Below, piece after piece: positions 41,692-55,500 of a stretch of 64,000 nucleotides of DNA. The DNA lies in the NCBI GenBank assembly GCA_054772095.1, contig BAAGAE010000033.1:4064326-4128325 (forward strand), written 5' to 3'. Origin of the DNA: Chamberlinius hualienensis (Eukaryota). Under the pieces are notes generated by a model. It was not told the origin of the DNA. It saw only the letters and a program-made list of their open reading frames with translations, and ran no database searches. A program made the translations under genes and the position numbers. Position 1 is the stretch's first letter, and each line of letters begins with the position of its first letter.

Positions 41692-44600
41692 ATGGCGGAA
41701 TCCAGAAAGGCGGAGCTGGAAAGAAAAAAAGCCAAATTGTTGGCAATAAGGCAATCCAAGGAGCAGAGACAACGTGAAAAACAGCAAGAGGTTTGCTTTT
41801 GTGGATAATTTGTAATATCCACGAACCACTAAAATAGTTTAATGGTTTTTAAAGTTGGAAGCTGAACTAACTACGAGGGCAGCGCCCAGAAATGACATTC
41901 GATCTCAAGCTGATGCTATGCTAGCTGAACTAGGATTAGCCACGACTACAGGTCAATATAATTTTTTCTTTTTTTAATTGATCTTACTTTTTATACAGTA
42001 GTTAATTATGATTTTAGATGTATTGAACACTCCGCCGTCATCCCTTTCGTCCGAGCAGCTGAACTCTTCATTAAGCCTAAACGAACCTTCAGTTATCAGC
42101 AGTCTTAGCAGCAGCATTTCCACTTCTAAAACACCAGTGTAATTTTACTACTGTATACTTTTTTAGTAGTACTATCTAATTTATTGTTGTATAGGAAAAA
42201 GAAACCATTGCTAACTGTTGTTAGTGTTCATCAGACTAATATCCCTCCTAGGGAACAGGTGACTTATAATAAACAGACTCAAACAACAGCTGCTGCTACC
42301 AGCGAGAGAGAAGGTAGGCTAATGATAATCATATTTTTATTAGATAATATTGTCAGTTTTGAACCATTTGGTCAGTTAATACACAAATATATTGCACAGA
42401 AACAGACATACTTTATCCATAACTACACAATATAAAATGTAGATTTTGGTTATGGCACAAACACTCCAAATGTTTTCTTGAAATTTCATTTCTGGGTGGA
42501 AATTGGCATGGGAATTTGTTTTTTTAAATTTAAATAAAGAAACATCAGAAAAGGCACTTGGAGCGGCAATTATTTCTATATCATATAAGTGCATGCTAGT
42601 TTTCTTTCTATTATTTCTGTCACCTGTTTGCTCTGAAATAAGTCTTTCTTTTATTTCTAAACAACAAGCTAATCGTATGATTACTAACTGTTGGTTTTGT
42701 GTGCTCTAATCTGGGACGGAAAATGTTTTTCTTTTTAACAAGTTGATAATGGCCATTATGGTTTATTTATATATTTATTCATTTCTGCTTACTTAACCAT
42801 TATTTGGGAACTTAATAAGGCACTTGGGCTTTCACTTGTCAAAAAAAGGAGATAAATGAGTGGTGGAGGACGAAAAAAGGTTGGTTGCTATCACCGGTTT
42901 CAATTCCTACAGCTTACATTTTTGTATTTATAGTTTTTTTTATTATTACTATTATTTTGAATTGCAATTCGCACGATGGTGAAGGTTATCTTAGTGCTGG
43001 GCATTGAGTTTGATATTTTCTACTTGTAAAACACTTAAAACATTTAAATGCAGTAGCAACCAGACCCGCAGAAGTAAAGAACGAAACATCATTTAAAAAA
43101 TTAATTATAAGAACTTAGTTCCTTGGAAGCGTCACTTAGGTAGATTTAATCGAATAATACTTTGGTTTTTCTAAATTGTCAAATGCAGATTTTAAATTTT
43201 GTTATATTTAAACTTCTGTGAAGAAAGGGACGAAAGCATGGTTAATTTATGAAACGCAGTTAAACTTTGCGTGACTTCAAAAAAAAAATTAAGTTGATTA
43301 ATATCGAGAAGAGAGATTGGCGTTGTTTTATATATTTATATATAAATTAAAATTTTTACATTTATTAGATTGGTCAGAAATAAGCAAGGTATACAACACT
43401 GCCTGGCAAATTTTAACCAGATTAATCCGTAGCATTTTTTTTTTTTTCTTTTTATTAATTTTATTTATCGTTTTCATTAATTTGGCATGTTTATTTTAAA
43501 GCTGTGAAGTAAAATTGATGACTGATAATGATTGATTAATTAAGTTAAATGATTTATTTTTTTAACAAAATTTTTTAATATTCTTTTTCCCATCCCCTAC
43601 CTTGTTTATCCTATCAACTTTGACCAATTCCACCTGCTAAATTTATTTCATATGCTACAACAATTAAAGCGCACCCATTGGACTACTATGGTAAGTCGCA
43701 AGGAAAGAAACTTATTTTTAATTTTTTTTACGTCTATAGTTTGTTTTACTAATATGTAGAATGCTAACTGTTGTTTAACATGCATGGTATTGGTTTATGC
43801 TTCAAAAGCCACTCATGGGATTGCTGCTTTGCGTTTTGTATTGATATCGAGCCGCCGCACGTCCTGTTCATACTAAGCTTCTTATTTATGACATTCAGAG
43901 AAATGTTATAATATACGATATAAAAGTCTTTTAAAAGTATGTAGCTATTACGAAGTAACTTGTGATAATATTCTAAGTTTTAAAAAAATGTAAGGGCCGC
44001 ATTATTTGAACTCATTTCAACTCCGTTAAACAAGCAAAATTGAGCAGTTTATATGATTATAATGCTTTCCGTTAAATCATTATTTTATTTAGTTATTGCA
44101 TAATTGATGAATTTTGCTATACAATTGATTTTCAAAATTTATTAGCAAGCTGCAGACGAAATTTGGAATGGTCTTACCAAATAGCATGAACTTTAAAAGT
44201 TTGAAGAAATTTGGGCATTCAGTGTTAACTGTTGCTTAATATATTGGCTTGATACTGAGTTGCAGCTACGGTTTGATTATTCTAAACCAGACTGATTAAT
44301 CTTTGCAGCACTTTTTTTTTGGTGCATTGAATGTTATATTGATGCATTACTGACAAAACTATTGGTTTGTTTACCATAAATTGCAACATTTTTGTTTTAT
44401 TTTAACTGAAGATAGAGACGTTTGCACTAATTGAGTTTATACTAAACGTTTGCGGCTTCAAATACCATATCTCCAAAAAGCATACATACTTTAAACGGTA
44501 TTCAAACCAAATATCATCTCATAGCACCTAATTTCATGTAATATTTGTTCGTCATTTCCACCCAGTTAAAAATATGTATTTGATAGTGAAATTAGTGTAA

Positions 44601-47352
44601 GTACGTCAAGAAGTTTGAAAAATTAATGTGATTGTATTAACTCAGTTTATAACAGTAAAGCCCAAGTACGCTGGTGTTCGTGTCTGTGTGTGCGTAACAG
44701 CTGATTTCCTTCAGTCACAATTTAAAATTTTTCCTACTATTTCCCTTCTTAGAATCTCTTTATAAAAAGAACTTTTTTTTTTTATTGTAACCTTTTTTGT
44801 CAAAGATGGTCATTTTGTGGGTCCTGCTTTAGAGTGGGATGACGAGTTCCCAGGTAGGACCTATATGTTTCTAATACACTTAATATTTGACCCTTTTGTT
44901 TATTTATTTTAAGCATTTCGATAAGCACTTTTGTTTTATTATTTTATCTATTTTAGTTGTTCTGTAACCCCACAAGTGATGTTGAACTAACAGTTGTAAT
45001 TTTAAGGAGTGCGGTGGCGCCCACAACAGCTTATTTTTTTTTAACCAAATAAGATTGAATGTCACCCTTTTTTCTTTCTTAATTGAGCACCATTTTCTTT
45101 TATATCGAATGTTGTTGGTTAAATTGTATTTTTTTTCTTGCACCGTTTTAGTTACTGCATGTTTGATTTGATTTGTGCTTTTTTAATTTTCATCCTTGTC
45201 TTTTTGATCCCCTTGTAATTACAAAATTTGTATAATTGTTTTTATAGTATTGGTGTATGATGATGTGGATGAAGATGAGTCTTCTTCACTTCCAACGATG
45301 GAGTCTTCTCCGCCAAATGGATTCTCAGCAGCAAGGCCTCCTGGTCATGGGGGAATGCCTCATGTGGAGTTGGTTAAACCAGCTACTACTCCAGCTGAAG
45401 AAGCAGCAGCCAAAACCATCGTGGAAGAAAAGAAATCGAAACGTAAAAACTAATCAAAATAGTCGTAATGAATAAATGAACTGATTAGTTTACCATTTAG
45501 CTCGTGAGTTGAGCGATGAAGAGAAACATAAGATGATGCTAAGCGATAACTTTATTAGATTCTTCGATCGCTCGTCCAGAATTATTGAACGAGCGTTGGC
45601 TGAGGAAGATCAAAGTGGTATTTTCTTAGATTATAGTGGAATTGAAGGAGAAGAGAAGGAAAAGTACGTTTTTCATTGACACTTTGTTTTTTTTTTCTAA
45701 CATAAAGTATATTCGTCCATTTGTAGTGATGACAAACAGAGCACGAGATTGTCACTTAATCGCCATTTCTATGACGAAAGGTGGTGTAAAGGTCGTATGG
45801 TGACGTCCTTGCACTGGTCTACTCAGGTGGGTTTTTGAACACTCAACGCATTATTTCTTCATTAACATCTCAACTTTAATTATTTTAGTTTCCTGAATTG
45901 GTGGTAGCTGCTTACGACAAGAATGAGGATTCGCCACATGACCCAGATGGTGTGGCCCTTGTTTGGAATCTGAAGTTTAAGAAAACAACTCCAGAGTATA
46001 TTTTTCATTGTCAGTCGGCCGTTACGTCAACAACTTTTGCTACATTTCATCCCAACCTTCTGATCGGAGGAACGTATTCTGGTCAGATTGTGCTATGGGA
46101 TAATAGGGTTCACAAAAGAACACCGATTCAAAGAAGTCCTTTGTCATCTCAGGCGCACACGGTAAGATTAAATCAAAGTTGTGTTCTGTGTACTGTATAT
46201 ACTCGGTCTTTTGTAAACATTTGTGCGATTCTTTATTTTACAGTTTTTATTAATGGCATTTATTCTTTCCATTTTTACGCTAAAAATTTTGAAATGGTAT
46301 CTTAAAGAGCTGTATTTTTTTTAGCATCCAATCTACTGCATGAAAGTTGTCGGAACTCAAAATGCCCACAACTTAGTTAGCATTTCGACCGATGGGAAAT
46401 TTTGCACTTGGAGTCTAGACATGCTCTCTCAGCCGCAGGACTCTATGGAGTTGCAACATAAGCAAGCCAAAGCAGTTGCTGCTACATCACTTTCGTTTCC
46501 TGTTGGAGACGTTAATAACTTTATTGTTGGAAGCGAAGAATGTAACGTTTACGCAGGTAATTTTTAGCTGTTATTCTCATAGTTCTCCAGTAATTGTCGT
46601 CAATATTAGCTTGCAGACATGGCAGTAGAGCGGGTGTAACCGATGTATTTGAGGGGCACCAAGGTCCAGTTACAGCGGTTAACAGCCATGAAGCCCAGGG
46701 ACAAATTGATTTCTCTCATCTGTTTCTGACATCATCTTTCGATTGGACTGTTAAATTATGGAGCCTTAAGGTATTATGCTGCTTTTAATTATTTTACATG
46801 AATGCTGGATCGTTTTACTATAGGAGAACAAACCTCTGTATTCATTCGAAGATTATGGCGATTACGTAACTGATGTGGGTTGGTCTCCAATTCATCCAGC
46901 TTTATTCGCTAGCGTTGATGGAACTGGCAGATTAGATGTTTGGAATCTTAACAATGACGCAGAGGTGATGAACAATTCATGTGATGTATTTTTTTTTTCA
47001 AACTAAACATCTTTTTCCTTGTATATTCGTAATAGGCATCCACATCTAGTGTAATCATTGATGGCAGCCCTGCCCTCAGCCGTGTGTCTTGGTCTCAGTC
47101 TGGACATCAGTTGGTTGCGGGTGATAGAAATGGAAAACTTTGGGTTTACGATGTAGGAGAGGTGAGACACATAAATTAATTTTTTTGTGAAGTACTCATT
47201 TATTTTTCTGTCATATTCAAGCAATTGGCCGCTCCAAAAACAAATGAATGGACACAATTAGCGCATACATTACAAGAATTAAAAAATAATCAGGCAGATG
47301 AAAATATCGATAATTTGAGTAACCCATTGGCTCCAGGACTCATTATTAGATA
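41692..47352 (+). CDS. Gene for cytoplasmic dynein 1 intermediate chain. Exons are approximately 41692-41790, 41855-41951, 42018-42136, 42202-42313, a micro-exon at 44811-44858, then 45248-45442, 45501-45663, 45727-45826, about 45893-46168, about 46325-46557, about 46610-46767, about 46823-46963, about 47035-47160 and about 47231-47352.
   Basis: The N-terminus is [33 protein letters not shown] (the coiled-coil region that binds p150 and NudE). It continues ...[13 protein letters not shown] (compare DYNC1I EIVTYTKETQTP), then [32 protein letters not shown], then the WD40 block with [39 protein letters not shown], ...[86 protein letters not shown], ...[26 protein letters not shown], ...[14 protein letters not shown], ending ...LAPGLIIR*. 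All phases agree. Confidence 0.9.
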
Positions 47353-47648
47353 AGTAACTGGAGACGTGAGCTTTTATATTACGCTAATTAATTAATGTAT
47401 TGTTTTGCTTTGGGGCAAAGTAAATATACAAGTTGCATTGAACGACACCAAGTTTATTTCAAATAATTTATTCTACATTCTCATGGCGTTGAACAACGCA
47501 AATATCTACAAACATATTGTTTTGAGATTTTGGAAATACACTTTTATTTATAAATTGGTCACCCGTGTAGATTCTTAGGAGATTTTTAAAGGTGTAATAG
47601 ATGTTGAGACTCGAAACTGAGTGACCAACTGTAGATTAATTTTGTGGT

Positions 47649-48453
47649 TTAAAACTTGGGGCGCTCGGCAACCTTGCTATAATCTCGTCCAGCACCATAA
47701 AACTATAGAGAATTAGATAGTTAAAAAAAAACTGAATTCATAGAAGTAAGGTTAATACCTTGTATTGTTTTCCCTCATAATCGTTCCATGGTTCAGGATT
47801 TCCATGCTTATTCCACCTTTTCAAAACAAAAGAATAAGTTAATCAACTTTTTTTTTTCCTCCACTGTTAATTTCGAAATAATTTACTGGACTTCAGGGCT
47901 TTTAACTGCCAATCTAAGAAGATATAATGAGCTCATGGCGCATCCGGCGCCAATGATGACCACCAATGGAATCAACTTAAAAAGAGAATACCGAAATTTG
48001 TCTACAATTCACATTTATTACAAAAATGCTAAACTATGACTTTTCGCTATGCAACAGAATCAAAAAATACTCTTTTTGCATGCTGTAATGCCAAAATTGC
48101 GCAAGATGTTTGAACAACTCTACTCTTCTCACGTTGTTGAGATAACGTTAGACAAACAATCACTGATATATTCGCGAGAATGCGTAAATGATGAATAAAT
48201 TATCAGGAACTTCAGAAATTTCCTTAAGTAATATCATTTAAATAATCAAATACCATTAGTCATTTCACTGTCTGGGCTGAACTTAAATCAAACAGGCACT
48301 CAAGGTTATAACCTATCTAGAGCGTCGCCATTTTAGTTAGCGCAATCCAAATTAACGGAAAAACAAACATCACAATTGAGTAACAAGGAAAAACGGGTTT
48401 AAAATACTTACTGCCGGGTGCCTTTTCAAAGTAGCAAAATTAAAAGCTCCCAT
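47649..48453 (-). CDS. NDUFA4: NDUFA4 / COXFA4 gene (small subunit of the cytochrome c oxidase / complex I family). Four exons, approximately 48412-48453, 47887-47975, 47759-47816 and 47649-47702.
   Basis: The protein is MGAFNFATLKRHPA|LIPLVVIIGAGCAMSSLYLLRLAVKSPEVQ|WNKHGNPEPWNDYEGKQYK|FYGAGRDYSKVAERPKF*. Human NDUFA4 reads ...[72 protein letters not shown]. The introns are GT-AG with consistent phases. Confidence 0.8.
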
Positions 48454-49500
48454 TCTGTAAATTTAATGACTAATCGTAGCCTAGCAAAATCGTGTGGATT
48501 CCACGAAATGAACACAAATCTTTCTACGCCCCTAGAAATTCACTAACATGATAGGAAGTGGAAGTGACGTAAAATATTTTACAAACAAAAAAAATCCAAG
48601 TAATTGCAAAAACAACAACAAAAAATTCATCAGGAACTTCAAATGAGGCTTTATTGGAGGATATTATATTATGATTTATTGTTTGATTATCATAAATATA
48701 TATCTTAAGCTGTTAATTATCAGTCCATTTATTTGTTTGAGTTGTAAGTACCGTATGTAAGTGCAGTACTCTAGTCCTATCTTTAGACATGACACTAGCA
48801 TGTTTTATTTATTTATTGACTAACTGTAGTTACACATAGCATTGATGTAAAAGTTTGATAAAAGTGTTATATTATAAACGCAGTATTAAAAAATCGTTTT
48901 TCTCATGCTATCAAGATTTAAATTGATAAAGTGCAGAGCTGTGTTTACTTTGTTTACACAAAACATGTGACCGCGACACACTACGACAGCTGTGCTGTCA
49001 TTGCTTGAATAAAATATTTTACGCAACGGTCGCAGTACTTTGTAGCGTGATAAGCGTAAACGTAGCCTATCACTCAAGCGATTTCAATCTTGCAGCTAGC
49101 GAGAGTACGAGTGACGTCATTGACGTAGAACGGAAATTACTCACTCGTGGGGGCAAGCAAACTGCGAAGCGAGGGAAGTGTGTGAGTGTTGGCTGCCAAT
49201 GGCCACTCCTGTTGACGCTGGGAAAGTGTTTCGAGTGGAAATTCGTTGTAGCTGCTAGTATAGATAGTTATTTGCTAGGTGGATCTTTGAGTGCACTATG
49301 TGTTGTTGACGATTGGAAATCAGTATATGTAATAGCCTGGCGTATGAGAGACTGATGAGCGTAGTTATTAATGCGAAAGGGACTAAATATGATAATGGAG
49401 ATTCTGATGATTTGATGTTTGGCCTGAGATTAGTTCACACGGGCTTGTTTGTCGTGCTGCTTCTTTATTGTGTTGGCGTCCAACAGCCGAGGCCTGTAGT
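48454..49500. promoter_or_regulatory. Stretch shared by the divergently oriented NDUFA4 (-) and ADAM10 (+) genes, containing promoter-type motifs.
   Basis: About 100 bp upstream of the NDUFA4 ATG is aggaagtggaagtgacgtaaaa, i.e. tandem GGAAGT GABP/NRF-2-like sites plus a CRE half-site. At about 49117, roughly 390 bp upstream of the ADAM10 ATG, is gtgacgtcattgacgtag (TGACGTCA plus TGACGTAG). Confidence 0.35.
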
Positions 49501-52500
49501 ATGCCCCATGTGAAGATATTGTTGACATCCGTTGTGATCGTACTTTGGGCAACGTATGCTCATTCGGGTAAGCTTTCATTTGAAATTTAACCAAATAGCT
49601 GTGCTAAACAACAGCTGTGAACAGTTGGCTGAAAATATTTGTTTATTAATGCTTGTACCATAGACGTGTTTAGTGAGTTAAAACTGAATGTCAATCTATA
49701 TTCAATCTTATGTCTTGAGAAAAAGTGACTTCAACAGCTGTGTGTACTTTAATTTAAGTGAATTTTGTTTTATTTGATATTGCTAAACTGATTTTGTTTC
49801 TTTAAGGATTTTGGCTAGTCATATATAAGTAATCATAAGTAGAGCATAAGTGAATAAAATTAAGAGTAAATGCTTAAGCGGAAGTTTATGAAGAAAAAGA
49901 GAAAGGAAAGAGGACATGAAAATGTATTCCCTTATTTTCCCCGCGTTTACTGTTTACTGGTGGTAAGGTTTGTTCCCACTGTATAGGCTTTTCCCTTCAT
50001 TGATTTCACCCTTAATACAGCGTTCATTCACCTTCATATTTGGATTTTTATACTATAAAGATAACTATCCACCTGATATTCTTTTTTTCTGATTTTATTG
50101 CAATTAAAAGTGACCGGATGGTTAGTATTTAGTTAACGTCTTAAAATTGAGTAAACGCGAACAACAGTATTACTACCAACATTTACGGAAAATGCCATTG
50201 GTTAATTACTGTTTCTAAACATCTCGTCTTTATAAATTATCCTTGTATCCCACGCAAGGGAAGTTCTGATTGTTAAATAGTTATTTAAAAAGTTGCAAAT
50301 CAGCAGCGCAACACGTACACATAAAGCGAATGGTATTTACGACCTGCATTAACACCACACTGATTATTTGAAGTACGCAATCGCTTCTAAACACTTAACA
50401 TTTTGGTATTGAAAGAAGAAAACAAAAATGGAAACGCTTTTGGCTGAGAACTAATAAATCAGGGGTAACTTAGTTGCCGGATAGATATGAATTTGGAATA
50501 ATTTGCTTTTAGTTTTAGTTAGTACCGTACTGTACTGGTTAAAACCACAACGTTTTCATAATTTTAGTTTTTGCATTTATTAGCTTGCATTTCCCTATTG
50601 CAGCTTAGGGATTAGCTATGTACTGTATCTTATAGTTTACAAAACAGTACCATTTTTTCACGTAGAAATGAGGTCAGGATTATTGTATATTAGCGTTAAA
50701 TTAAATTCCAAAAGGGAAAACATTCACCTGTAACTTACTGTAACTCGTCATTACATCAGCTTCGGTTGATAAAAGCAGTTGCATAATTTTGCATGTTGAA
50801 ACTTGTAATTAGTGTTTTAGCAGAGTACGATAGGATATCAAGTTATATTTCCTTTAGGATTAAGTATTTTATTACTCTATTGTAAATCTGCATACGTTTG
50901 AGAAAACGTCTTGCTTTTGTATAGGTTCCAGTGTCTGACGAAACTGTGGAAATGTTAAAGAAATGCAATTAGAAAAATTATTTTCAGTATATTTTCAATG
51001 GATTTGTTCATCACTGGTATATACTTGTGTTGCATCAAAAATGATGGTAAACTATTCAGGATGTAGTATATACAGTAATTAGGCATGATTAATTTTACTA
51101 AATTAATACTAAAGTGTCTAACGTGCCAAGTAAGATCTTCATTCTAAGAATTATTGTCGCAGGAAAATGTTATATATAAAAAAAAGTTATCTAAATGAAA
51201 AATATAGTCATTGTTTTAGCCCTTAATTAAGCTAATTGAGTTCATTAATTTGGCCTTGTTGAAATTGATAAATAAATTAGTAGCTTTATGGATTTATTGT
51301 GCAATTACGAAACGAAATGCTACTATTTTAGGTATTTAGTATAATGAGTTAGTAATTCAATTGCCATTTTTGTCTGGGAGGTCATCGTCTTTTAAACATT
51401 AATTCGTTTCATTTTTTAAATCATTTATATTCGGACGCAGTTCTGGTTCGATAGGCACCGTTGGCTTTTGCCGTTAAGTTTTTCGGAATGCAATCTGTAT
51501 GATATATGGAGGACATTTAAGATATATAAGCCATGGAGAGTATTTTTTCTGGATCAAAGTTTTTTTTTGAAATGTTTACAAGTCGTCTGATCAGCTGATT
51601 AGAAAGTTTCCCGCTCAGCTTGCTTAATAGGTCATGCACAAGAAACATTTGTTTTAGAAGATTGATGCGACCATCTTAAACAACAATTGAATTGCAGATT
51701 GGTTTATTTGAGAAACATGGAGGAAAATAAGTAGTTTTTCTAAACCTTGGCACACTTCAGAATAAGGTAGTAACGATTGGTTACGCCTGTTTTTAATTAG
51801 TTAAGTTAGTCATACAGTTAAGACACTGTCAAAAAAAATTGTCGACGGAACCATTTTTGTTTGTTTAACCATATTATGATCATTTCGAGGCTATATATAG
51901 GTTTTATGAGCAAGTGGAAGAGAGCTTATTGGAAAACGACTTTCCTCGAATTTTTGATGAATGACACGACCATTAGAATAATTTTTCATTTGCGTATGTG
52001 ATATATGACTATTAACGGTCGCCACAACAAACTACGATTTGTCCTTGTCTTTTAATATCTAATAAAACGCTTTTTGAAGCTGGAGAATTTTTTTTCTTCA
52101 ATATATATTTCTGACATCTTTCAAGTGCAACGTGGCAACGAATGACTCAAGTCATGACGTCAAGTTTGACATGATTAAGTGTCGTTAACTAAATTAGTTT
52201 TCTAAGAAAATAAAAGAGAAAGTGTGCATTTAATTTGAGAGAAATTTTTTATAGAACTTACTTTCAGTTTATTCAAATAGATTACACTCGAGTCTCTTTT
52301 TACACGGTTTCGAAATAACATGGTCCGAGAAGGAAAAAAAAATATTAAAAAATGTATTATTTTTCCACTGTTTTTTCACTTTTAACATGGTTTAAAATCT
52401 TAAAATGGCCACCGTTCGGTCGCCGACTAGCCGAACTACGTTCTAGAATGTCGTTCTGATGGCGACCAGAGTGTTTCTCAAGTTAGTCGCCAACCCCCTA

Positions 52501-55500
52501 GTAACAATACTAAATAACTATTTGATTATGTATTATATTTTGTGTGTAACCAAATGTTTCATTTTTTAATGTAAAAAATTTCATATTAGAATTTGCAATT
52601 TTTTATATTTGCTGTACTTTCTTTATACCTTAATCTCTTGAATGTATCCACCATGTAAAAAAGAAGCTCGAGTGTACTTCATTTGAATACATTATCACTA
52701 GATGTAAACGAACTATTTGAGTTAAGTTAGTTAACTGTTTTGAATTTACAGGAATCTGTTCGGAATTAATAAATAATCTGTTAAATCGAGTAAATATATA
52801 TTGATAAACTTAATATTGCATATCCGCTGTTTGGTAAGTTTGTGGTATCAGTTAAAGGAATGTTTTTCATAACCAAAAGTTAAAAAAAAATCAATGTACT
52901 ATGACGCATATCGACATGTTTATTAGATGGCAACATTTATTTTCAGAGTAGTTCCGTTGGGTTAACAACCTAGTCAACATTTGATTGTATGTAGGATATC
53001 CTTACTAAAATATCTTTATTGTTGTTAAATTTATTGACATTTTCACTAAGTTAAACGTGAACAATAACAATATAAAAACGAGGAAAGGAATGGTTGACTG
53101 ATCACAACAATTTCGATGTTATTTAAACGATATATTGTATACAGTATAGAGATATAAAAAGAAATCATTTATGTTATTGATTATATATGCATTAGTGTTG
53201 TTGCTATATTTAACAAAAGTAACATAAAAAATGTACTAACAGGTATCGGTATAGATCTTTTGCTTGCAGTTATTGTTGTCACTAGCAACATTTTATGTTC
53301 GATCAGCTGCCAACGAACTTTTCTAAAAGTGCACCTGATGAGGTGTTCACGATTTCTTTAAAACTAAATACTGTACATTAACGGTATAATACAATACTAT
53401 ATCTGTGCATTTTATTACTCGGCAAAGCATTTTTATCATGACTTTATTAGCTACTTTACAGTTCGTTTGTTGTTTTTTTTTCCTTGGCTGGTAATGAACA
53501 AATAAGTTCGAGTACTGTTAAGCTTTATAAAGTTGGAGAAACTACAGTATATGTTTTATTGGTATTATTTTTTTTTGTCATTGAAAGTGAGTGTAAATTT
53601 CTCAATCGTGGTGATTCACTTGAGGTGCTTGTCTGCGCTTGACACACCTTCCGAGTTGAGCGACTTCTAAATTATTATAGAGAAGATCTCACAAACACGT
53701 GAATGACTTTATTGTTCTCTTATTTGCAGTTGCGAGGTTGTCAACGTTCGTCGGTCACTATGAACCGCTGAACTACGACACTGATGACGCTAAAGAACAA
53801 CATCATCGTTCAAAGAGATCTCCATCTAGCCAGTTTGTTCACATCGATTTTCAAGCTCATGGAAGGTGACTTTTTATCTATTTAATTTTGTGTGGCTGTA
53901 TTTGTTTGTTAAACTTAATTTGTTAATTTGGTTTGTTTTTAGACATTTTCCTCTTAGAATTAAGAGAGATACTTCGGTATTTTCACCGAATTTAGTTGTG
54001 GAACATAATTCGGAACACTTGAACGATTTCGATGTGTCACATATTGTTTCTGGAAGCGTATGGGGTAAAATAGTCTATTTAGAATGAAATTATTTTTTTT
54101 AAATTTATGAATTAATTTCTTGATTTATTAGGTCAAGAAAATACTCATGTGTTCGGTTCATTACAAGACGGAATATTCGACGGAAAAATCTTGACGCCTG
54201 ATGGCAATTACTTTGTAGAACGAGCAGGAAAATACTTTAAACCTGACGACGCAATAGATTTCCACTCGGTGATATATAAAGAGAATGACGTACGCCATCC
54301 AAAATCGGAACTGCTTCACCATCATGCTGGTGCTGCGGGATGTGGTGCCACTGACGATGTACAAGCATGGATGAAATCTATTCAAGATTCAGCCGTGCCT
54401 CTTAAGGTATACAGTTTTACTTTGTATAATATGTAATTACTTAAATTATTCATTTAATTATTCAGGAGAAATATAACAATGATAGTGAAGGAAACAGAAG
54501 ATCAAAACGAGCTTCTAGTTGGAAAAGAGCATGCTCATTGTATATTCAAACGGATCCTTTACTGTGGGAGCACATTCACGTAAAGGAAAACGATGAAGGG
54601 AAAACTAGGGAAGAAATTGCTTCGCTCATAGCACAGCACGTAAAGGCGGTTAACGTCATTTATGAAGCGGAGGATTTTGGCGGTTTTCGTGGCATTAAGT
54701 TTTTAGTTCAAAGAATTACAGTTGAGAGTTGTAGTTTTTTTTTACATTTTAAATAGCTGCTGATGGTTTTTTTGTTAAATAGATTAATGACACCAAGACG
54801 TGTGGCTTTGGTCATAACAATCCATTTTGTTCACGTAACATTGATGTCAGCAATTTTTTGAATTTAAATTCTCAAATGAATCACGACGCATTTTGTTTGG
54901 CATACGTTTTTACTTATCGTGATTTTACTGGTGGGACATTAGGTCTGGCCTGGGTTGCCTCGCCGCAAGGTAAAAATTGAAGATTTTGCCAATTGAATGA
55001 TTTTTCAAATACTGTTATTGTTTTAGGTGCATCTGGAGGAATTTGTGAAAAGTACAAAGCTTACACTGAAAATATAGGTGCTCGACATATTCAAACGAAA
55101 AGGAGCTTAAATACTGGCATTATTACTTTTGTTAATTACAACAGTCGAGTTCCTCCTAAGGTTTCACAGCTCACATTAGCACATGAAATAGGGCACAATT
55201 TTGGCTCTCCTGTATGCATATTATTTTTATGATACGTTAATTTCGAGTTTCTAAACTTCCGTTTGTGTATTTTTAGCATGATTGGCCTATCGATTGTCGT
55301 CCTGGAGGTCATTCGGGCAATTACATTATGTTTGCAAGTGCAACTTCAGGTGACAGGCAAAATAACAACAAATTCTCCGTTTGCAGCAAACGAAACATCA
55401 GCGCTGTTTTAGATGCTGTTTTCCAGAACAAAGGGGGAAAAGACAATTGCTTCCTAGGTTGGTTTAGCGTTGTAAATTTCATTTTATTTTTAATCTTATG

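Noticed and set aside
47003-47257. Minus-strand ORF of 84 aa
   Set aside because: It is antisense to a dynein intermediate-chain WD40 exon.
49005-49513. ORFs 49005-49355 and 49313-49513 upstream of ADAM10
   Set aside because: They show no homology. They lie in the probable 5' UTR/promoter. The second ORF ends 12 nt into the signal-peptide exon of ADAM10 (CDS from 49501), which is in a different frame.
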